Source: the human T2T-CHM13v2.0 reference genome, Homo sapiens
Direction: 5' to 3' (one strand)
NCBI RefSeq assembly: GCF_009914755.1
Contig: NC_060927.1
DNA: 64,000 nt
Below the pieces are notes generated by a model that was not told the DNA's origin, ran no database searches, and worked only from the letters and a program-made list of their open reading frames with translations. The position numbers and the translations under genes were made by a program. Shown here in pieces: positions 55,241-64,000 of the stretch. How positions within the stretch are numbered: the stretch's first letter is position 1; each line of letters starts with the position of its first letter.

Positions 55241-58200
55241 ATAGTATAATATATCTCTTCAGGTACTCTAGAAAAGATGCCCAACTGAACTGAAATACAC
55301 ATTTTTTTCCTAAAGAATAGGAAAATCAAGCCTTTGCTAAGACAACCCTTTAAAAAGGTAAATTAATTGTATTTATTTGAGTGTATGAATGAGTCACGTT
55401 CATTTTAGAAAAGCTTTCACAAATAAGATAATCCATTCCAGGCTGCTTCTTCCAAAATAATCTTTGTCTTCACTAATGGGAGCTTATTTTCCCAATGGTC
55501 AATTGTATTATTCAAGTAAAAGTACTTGTAAAGCAAAAATCTCTGAAAAGTTTTGTAAGCATAGTTATATCCTTGTTCAGATGCAGGAAAGTTAAATTTC
55601 CACATATTCACTTTGAAATTCTCCATATACATAGAGCTGAGAGGTGTGTCATAGGTTAATAATTCTCCTGCCTGAATTCTATGTGTAGATTTTTAGTTAA
55701 CAGCACCTTAAGCGCTTTTTTTTTTTTTTTTTAAAAAAGAGCCTTTAAGTTCGGTTGCCATGAATCATGTATAAGCCATTGGAGGAGAAAATTAATTCTT
55801 TTGTTTGTTTCTTTATTTTAAAATAAATACCAGGCTATGGCACCCGTTTGTGATCAGAATTGAGAAGAAGCACTCTTCCTGCCAGCTTGTGGGAATGCTG
55901 TGTCCCCCAAGGCCAACAGTATATGCTGCCAATGAGTGAAAAGAACTAAGACTCAAGTCTGCACAGAAAAAGGCCCAACATGCATGCTTCAGTTTTGATC
56001 CCAGCTTGGCCCTTAATTTTCCAAACCCTTGCAGATGGAGAGCTACCTATTTTGGGACTGTAAGGTTTTTGAAATTAACTGTCAACTCATTATCCAAGGC
56101 ACATACTATCTTACCTCTATCTTACCTTCTAAATATTTTAAATAACGCTTTTCTCAGCCTTCTCTTTTGGCATCTCTTTCTTAACCCCAACCTTTTAAAT
56201 TCAGAAATACCTAGGAATTTTACTCTAATTTTTGACAATGTGCTTATCTTTGAAGCAAGGAAAATCGGAAAACATGCCAACCCAACTGGAACATTTTTAA
56301 CAAAGTAATGAAAAGTTATGTAATGGAAGATTTAGCTTTCAAGAACACTTTGGCAAATTGTAATGCAATGATATACAAAATCTGCCAGGTACGCATTGTT
56401 CTTTTTTACGTCCTTCTCTGATTCTTCACAATAACTCTTGTCCTGACATCAACAAACATAAGGCAGTCTCAGATGTGGGTAGGTTTTTCTTATTGGCTTA
56501 ATACTTTCAATTCATATAGTAAGTTCTCTCATCTATCTGGCAGAGGCAGGAAGTGGAAAATTCTGCTTAATTAAATGTTTTTGTTACTACAGCTAGGTGA
56601 ATTCCTAGATTGTTAGGGCTGGGAGAGTCTTAGGGATGAGCTTACCTACTTATTTTACAGGTGTTGAAATTGAAACCCTTGCAGGCCTACAGATTAGCAT
56701 CCATGTCCTCACGTTCCCCAACCAGTATCCCTTAAAGTACACTAATTTCCTCTCTTGATAAATTGTTTCCCAATCAACAACAAAAAAAAATAGCATAACA
56801 ATATACACCATGAAAATGTCACTGACCATCAGCAAGTTTCCTTGAGGATTCAAAAGGCATGTAAGGCTCCCACATTGTCACAGTCATAGTAAAGAAAATT
56901 TATGATTCCAAAAACCCTCTTGTTCTTTCAAGATAGGATGAGGAGATCAGTTTGCCTTTTAAAATAGACCCCAGATAACATGCTCCATGTTGAGCATGAC
57001 CTGGCTTCCCAGTGGAGAGATGGAGAAAATAATCCTGGTGCAAGTTGCTGGAGAGGGAGAGTTGATTAGCATTTGTTTCCTTGAGTAACAACATAAACCA
57101 CAAGTGATCGAGTGCATCCCTGCTTGGCAGGAGGAGAATGACTGTTCATAAATGATGCCCTTCTCCATTTCCAGAGCTCTTGTCAGCTTGGCTTCCCAAA
57201 GTGGTATCACTCATCTGTCAAGTTGATTGGGTCTGACCCAGACAAAGCAAACCAGAGGCAATCTCAATTACGACACATTTGTAAATGTCCTGTCCAACTC
57301 ATTCCAAAGTCCAAATAGGTGAATCAGAATTCGCAAAAAAAAAAAAAAAAAAAAAAGGAAGATCTGCATTCCTCATCCCACATTTGCCCACACTCATGAT
57401 ATGGATGGTCCCAAATGTGCCAAATGACTTAGTGGGCTACATACCCTCAGCCAGGGGCACTCCTCAAGGTCCAAGACTTTTTCATCCAACTCAGGGAAAT
57501 TATGCTGTAGAGGCCACAAGGTGAACATAGAGTCTCATGGTTTCATTGGTGGATGACAGTAAAAAGGAAAGCCACTAGTTTTATGGCTATAATCTCTTCA
57601 ATAGGAAAAGAACCAGAAGCTAGTGAGGATCACTTAAGAACCATGTGTGTGAGTGTGTGTGTCTGCATGCACATTGGGGTAACATGGAATTGGGTTCTGA
57701 AAACATCAGGAAAACAGATGCTGGAAACATTGAAAACAAAGTGTACCTGCCAAATTTGGCCTAGGGATGGCCTAAGTTTCAGGTTTCTGGGGAAATTACT
57801 AGATATATTTTTAAGGCTGTCTCCAAGTTGAGTGCAAACATTTACACTTCTCACTCACTAGTGGCAACTGAGTTGATCAATTTCATAAGTTGTATTTCTT
57901 CTTTGGCTGGAAAATGTTCTTCATTTTGCTCACCATTTACAAAAAAGAATCGATGTATTTTTTCTTCTTTCCCTGTAGATGTCCAGGCATCCAAATGGCA
58001 GGAGTTCTCTGGATCTGACCTCAAAAGCTAGGCCTGAAATGAATACATTGTGGGTCTCTCTGGGGTTGGAACCAAAACCTCATTTTTTTTTTGTTTTATT
58101 CTTTTTATTTTCTTACAAAGAAGAGTTTGTAAAACAAAAGGCAATCTGAAATCTGGCTGTTGGTCCAAGAATTAACAAGCAATCTGTTGTGCTAATGACA

Positions 58201-59109
58201 TCGACTGTTGAATAGATTTCCAAAGAAAATGACCCATGGGGAGTAGGATGAGGTTAATTCACAGAAAGCCGGCTTCCTTGGGATTGTCTGCATTTCTTCT
58301 GAAGGAAAATGTCTGAAAGATGCTGGTCTTCCCTCAAAGTCTTTCATTCCCACAGACAGCCCTGCCAGTTCCTGGGCTCCCACAGGAGCCAACTGCTGTG
58401 AGAAGAGGTGAATGAGATACGAGAAAGGAAGAAGAAAATCTCGGAAAAGTGTTGCCTGGAGTAAGTCTTTAGGAGGACAAACAGGACTGACTTAAACTGA
58501 TATTTTCAGCACTTCACCATTAACAAGACTTTTTATATTCACATGAACTGAGGAATCCTGTGCATAAGCCACAGATAAAGAATCTCTTATCAAATAATTC
58601 CACCTTTCCCTAACAATGGTTATCATTTATTTGGCATAGTGCAAGATTCTGTTTCCATCTTTCCTAGTTCTCACAACATTTATTATCAAGTAGATATTAT
58701 TTTTCTCATTTTACAGATGAGGAAACTAAAACTTAGAAAGCATCCTGCAAGAGCAGAGCCAGTTAGCTATCTGCAAAGCCCTTTGCTCCACCAATGTCAC
58801 ATTGCCTAGTCCTTTCGTTTTATGAAGTCTCATCTTAAGACATGATAAGTGGAGGAGGATAGGGAAAGACATTTTTCTTAATTTGCACAAGAGGGAAGTG
58901 AGGTTCTAAAGAACAAAGCAAGTCTTAGCTCACTCAGCTAGTCAGCAGAGCTTGGTGTTTGGGGACCACTATGGTTTATCCCTTTTTTATACCCATCCCT
59001 TTAGGCCCAGCTCTGAAATCCCACATACACCTAAAGTAAACTAGGCTCCTGGATGGGGCAGATGTACATATAGTTTTCAATCATGGGAATGATGACTTTT
59101 ATTTCAAGG

Positions 59110-59617
59110 TTGCTCATGGGATGGTGGGGATGTTGAGGAGGGTGGTGTCACTGGCAGCCACATGTGCCTTCAGTCCTACCATCTGCATGTACACCAGCCA
59201 AATTCCAACTGGCACCTCCTGCCTCCACTTGCCTGAGGGTTTTCTGTGGCCACCATGGCACATTTTGCCACTTACATAGCAGGTTTGGAATGCTGGCGAG
59301 TTGCACCTTTCAGGTGCAATCCTCAACCGATGACTACTAAGAACTTGGTGTATAAACACCCAGACCCCTCACTCTTGGAAGCATACATTCTACCCCATGT
59401 TGCAGAGTTTCCCCAGCAGAATGAAGCTCAACTCATACATCAAAATAATGGGCTTTGTGAGGGATGAATTCTTGCTGTCTTTTTTCCCTTGTCTCACTTT
59501 TCTACTTCCCTTTTGGTGTTTCCCAAATAAACCTTTGGGAAACACTTCCTAAATAAACTCTTTGCATTCAAATTTCATCTCATTGCCCACTTTTCGGGAG
59601 AACCCAACCTAAGTCAC
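59110..59617 (+). mobile_element. LTR16-family (ERVL) LTR
   Basis: 3' end cctaaataaactctttgcattcaaatttcatctca...gggagaacccaacctaagtca. Confidence 0.55.
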
Positions 59618-60845
59618 CTGAATATACCCTACATCAATACTTTCCAAACCTGGCTAATGATCAGACAGATTGAGAAAGTCTTTGAAAAATATAAGTATGA
59701 ATGCGTTACCCAGATCTACTAAACTAAGATCTCTGGAGGTTGGGTTCATGCCTCTGTCTTTTCTGTTAATCTCCCTTCTTCTGAAGATTTAGTGATTAGT
59801 CAGGATACCAACACTGACCCATAAAGCATCCTGCACTAGAAATTTTTTCTGGAACATTGCACTTGGCAAAACTTTGCTGCCATTAAAAAAAAAAAAAAAA
59901 AAAAAAGTGAACTCTGTTCCTTCGGGAAGAGTGAGTGTCATGTGAGCCCATAATAATGTTCCCTGTTTTGCCTTACATCCTAGGAATATCATGAGAAAAA
60001 CAAATCTATGCTTCAGATATACAACCTCACAGCCCATCTAGCTGTAGCCCAATTTCCTCTACTTTTGGCTATTTCATTTAAGTCATTAGTTATTCTGATT
60101 ATTTTAAATTTGTTATTTGTATGTTCCCATTTTATTATAAGTATTTATTTACCATCTCTCAAATCCTTTATGTAATGAAATAAAGAAGAAAATGACATTT
60201 ATTTGTTGTCTTTTACATTTCTCTCAAATTTATAGATGGTTCCCAGACTCATTTAATATTCTATATTGCTCAAGTTCTGATTTCTTATAATTTGTTTCCT
60301 CAAACTTGGTTTCATGTTCCAGAAATATTGGATATCCATTTATCCTTTGCTATGAAACTATGCCTTGATCACCAAGATTCAAGATCAGACACAAGTCTCC
60401 CAATCTCACAGCCCCCCAGTAGCTTTTGCTAATTTGATCCCCATTCACCTTGGAAGGAGGGAGGTAGAGTGGATGAGAGCATTATTTTTCAAATGAGGGA
60501 ACTGAGACCCAGAGATGCTAAGTTACTTGCCCAAGGTGTTCCCTGGTAAGAGAGCTGGGGCTTACAGAAAATTCAGTTGACACCAAAGCTCATGTTCCGT
60601 CCACTTTTCATTTATGAGGCATGAACACCTTTGGAGAGGCATCAGGCAATTGCAAGAAGAAGAGTAATGATCTGGCTTGAGCAGCTTCTTGGTTTTCTTT
60701 GGAGTGAAAAAGGCCCATATTTATCTGTTTACTCAGATTTGGAAGATTATCTTATCACTGTTGCTATTGTTATAAGAGAGCGAATAATATCTTAGTTGCT
60801 TTATTGTTTCATTTTGTCAATTTGTGCTTTCCAACTGATGCTATA

Positions 60846-61229
60846 TATGACGGGCTGAATTATGACAAAAAGTAATATGTTGAAGCCCTAAGCCCTAGTG
60901 CCTCAGAATGTGACTGTATTTTGAAACAGTGCCTTTAAAGAGATAAGTCAAAAGTGAAGCTATTAGAGTGGGCCCTAATCCAATCTGACTGATATCTTAA
61001 GAAAGGTGAATAGGACACACAGAGAGCCACCAAGGATGTAAGTGTTCAAAGGCTCAGTGAGAAGTCAGCCATCTGCAAGCCAAGGAGAGAGGCCTCAGAA
61101 GAAAGCAAACATGCCAGCACTTTGATCTTGAACTTCTAGCTTCAAAAGAGCTGAGAAAATCAATTTCTGGTATTTAATCCACGCAGTCTGTGCTATTATT
61201 TAGTTATGACATTCCAGCAAACTACTACA
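60846..61229 (+). mobile_element. MLT1A/B MaLR LTR
   Basis: tatgttgaagcccta..cctcagaatgtgactgtatttt..gggccctaatccaatctgact..aaggagagaggcctcagaa..aaactactaca. Confidence 0.8.
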
Positions 61230-63664
61230 CTGTATTAACCCTTTTTCTCCAAGGACTTTTGGAAGGTTTTCTTAGTAGGCAATATGGGAAAATTGTAGGA
61301 AGTGCAAATGATCAATTAATACCATCCCATTTTGAGTGCTATATGTGTATCTTTCTGTGTTGCCCTTAGTTTTCAGGGGCAACTTTGCCTTTGAAACAGA
61401 TCTACCTCTGTCTTTTGGAAATGCCCTGTGCTGAGAAGCATGTGTCGTACCTCTGAGAAATGAGAACTTATGTGTAGATACATGAGAACAAATGAGAAAA
61501 AATGAATACATGATTAGATCATGCTGCCTCTATTTCCAGATAACTATTTTAAAGGGGAAATAGCCATATATCATGAAATATCTTAATTGGGAGAATTATA
61601 TAATTATCTGCATTTAATTATATTTGAATTCTTATTCTACCCCCTGGCCCAGCTTCATTAGGAATTTTCCTCAGAGATAAAAATCCCAAATACCCATTAA
61701 AATAGTTTTCCTTAAAAACAGGGAAAAAAATGAGAAGGCTTTATTAATTCCCTTCCAGCAATTTTCACAGTAGATTGGCTCTGTTTACAACTCCAATGAT
61801 CACTTCTGAGGTTGGGAGATCTGAAAACTCTGACCAGGATTGTAAATGATGGCTCTTGTCCCTTTCCTCTCAAAGAGTAACAAAAACACTGTAATTACAA
61901 TCGGCTTACCATTCGGTCAATGATACTCACAGCTGGCTCGGCTCAGCTAGCAGGGGCTATGGTTCTGCCAGTAAGAGACTCAAAAAGACTTCTTCAGGCA
62001 AGAAATTTGGAAACCAGAGACAGTGGGAAGCCTATTAGAAAACAGTTCATTGGGCCAGAGATTTAGCTACAATAAGAGACAAGAGCAGAGGGGCCCAATT
62101 AACTCAGTATTTTAATTTGCCTTGTGGAGTGGTTAAAAAAAAAAAAAAAAAAGAGCTCAGGACTTTTGCTTTTGTTTTAGTTTGCTTACAGAACAAAAAT
62201 AACTTCAATGTTTAAAAATTGGAGGGTATAAAATCATGTAGAAAATGAGAGCAATATTAAAAGACACTAGGAGAAATTATAAATTATTCCAAAGCCACTA
62301 AGAAATAAGTATTCTTTCCTATTCTGTGCTTTCTTTTAGACCTCTTCTCTCTCCCTGCACATACGTTTCTAAAATTTCATATAAAAGCGACATATTATGC
62401 ACATTGTTGGGATACATTTAATAACTCCCTATGCCCCTCTCAATAATGTTCAGGCCAGACCCCTTCATGCTGATATGGCCCTTCCAGATCAACCTTGTCC
62501 AGTTTTCTGGAATAATCTCTCGTCTACATACTCATAACCCACTAGGTTCCTACCTCTCTTATCTTGAATTCCTGGAAACAACATCCTTCTAACCCGCCAC
62601 TCCACCCCACTGCAATCCTTTGAAGAGCTTCAAGCTGAGATGGGAGTGTGTGATCAACTTTGTATTTCTGAAAGCTAACTGGCAGCAGCATTCAGAATGA
62701 ATTGTCAAGAGTGGGGGGAAAATTAGATATAAGTAGTCCGGGTATTTATTGCACTAATTCCAGGTGAACAAAAGCTAGAGGCATAGACCAGAGTTGTGGC
62801 AGTGGAGACAGAAAGTAGGTGAATTTGAGAGATGCTTGGGAGATGCAATCAGGCATATGTTAGATGCTATCTATCTATCTATCTCCCTATCTGTCTGTCT
62901 ATCATTATCATCATTTTTGTAGTTATTGTGCTCTGGCCCTTAAATTTAATGATTATGAAGCTCATGATTAAAATACATGGAGTCAGAGGCTTTGTAAAAC
63001 CAGCTTAATTATTCTAGCCAGCAACATAGTTTCACTGTCAAGTTGAACCTGATCTAGCCAAAAATAGGTTTGATTTAAACTGTATCACAGAATAAATGGT
63101 CTCAAATCTTTTATATTGGTTGTCAGAAAAGAATGGAGTTAATTTTATTTGAAGACATCCTTTAATGAAGGCTTTATATCAAAAACTATAACCACTTATC
63201 ACCTTGCAAGAAAATGACTGAGCTCCTGTTAATGTCATTTATTACATTTCTTGTGTAATTTTTGACCTGAGAGTTGTAATCAGCTGGAACCTCTGCCCTT
63301 CTAGCACCTTCTACATCTCCACACATGTGTGGACCTGTTTCTTGAAAAACCTAGGTAATGTCTGAGCTTTTTATTCAGGAGATTAGGGTGTGGCATGCTG
63401 TACCTGGAATTCACCAAAAGAGATGTCTTTTAAAGGTGGGTGAACACAACTAAATATTATTTTCCAAGCCACTCGGATACCATCCCATGGAGTCTAAAAG
63501 ACCAACAAAAAATGGCATAAAGGATTAATGCCTGGTTTTCAAAATGAAATGAAGTACATTGTTTTTAAGACTCAATGTAATAAAATGCCCTCTGGGACCC
63601 TTTAGTGTTGCATAAATTCAGCACACTTTAAAATAATGAAAATGATAACTTTTAGCTAACAACA

Positions 63665-63905
63665 GTTATTAAGGATTTACTATGTGCCAGGTATCATGCT
63701 AAGCATTTTTCATGCCTTCTTTGATTACTCTTCACAGCAACACTCTGAAGTAGATACATTACAATTCATATTTTACAGATGAAAGAAATGAAATTCAGAG
63801 AGGGTAATAAACTCATCTGTGGTCACACCTTCTTCAAGTGGTAGAGCAGGGGATTGCAGTTCAAGCATTCTGACTCTATAGGTCACATCACCAAACCACA
63901 GCTGT
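63665..63905 (-). mobile_element. MIR
   Basis: tactatgtgccaggtatcatgctaagca...attttacagatgaaagaaatga. Confidence 0.7.
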
Positions 63906-64000
63906 GCAACGCTGCCCCATGCCAGGATAATACACGTCTACATGTTTTTCATCATCATGATAATTAACACTTGGGTTAATTAAGCTTGAGAACTTACACT

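Noticed and set aside
55707-55749. Imperfect inverted repeat around a T-run/A-run
   Set aside because: Low-complexity, weak stem; intrinsic terminators are not relevant here.
56862-56880. Similarity to 40685-40700 (aaggctcc(c)acattgtca)
   Set aside because: Too short to separate from chance in 64 kb.
57334-57356. Isolated poly(A) tracts (also ~9726, 59885, 62135)
   Set aside because: No TSD or recognisable upstream retroposed body; treated as mononucleotide microsatellites.

Overview
Human (primate) genomic DNA. It is AT-rich, CpG-depleted and dense in repeats. The only credible protein-coding feature is the single-exon 259-aa CDS of LRRC3B (+, 52280-53059), with its splice acceptor (exon starts at 52120), upstream ORFs and poly(A) signal (53354). 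About 52 kb upstream is most likely the long intron preceding this exon; no first exon or CpG-island promoter is visible. Repeats include about 10 Alus (two very young: AluYa5 and AluYg6, which indicate human origin), L1, L2, MIR, MaLR/ERVL LTRs and MER DNA transposon relics. The other ORFs in the track look like repeat-derived or chance ORFs. I found no evidence of a new biological system. The most unusual structure is one L1PA insertion (18541-19462) that combines a twin-priming 5' inversion with an apparent 3' transduction carrying extra poly(A) tracts, all inside one TSD. Repeat subfamily calls come from remembered consensus sequences, and boundaries of old repeats are approximate.
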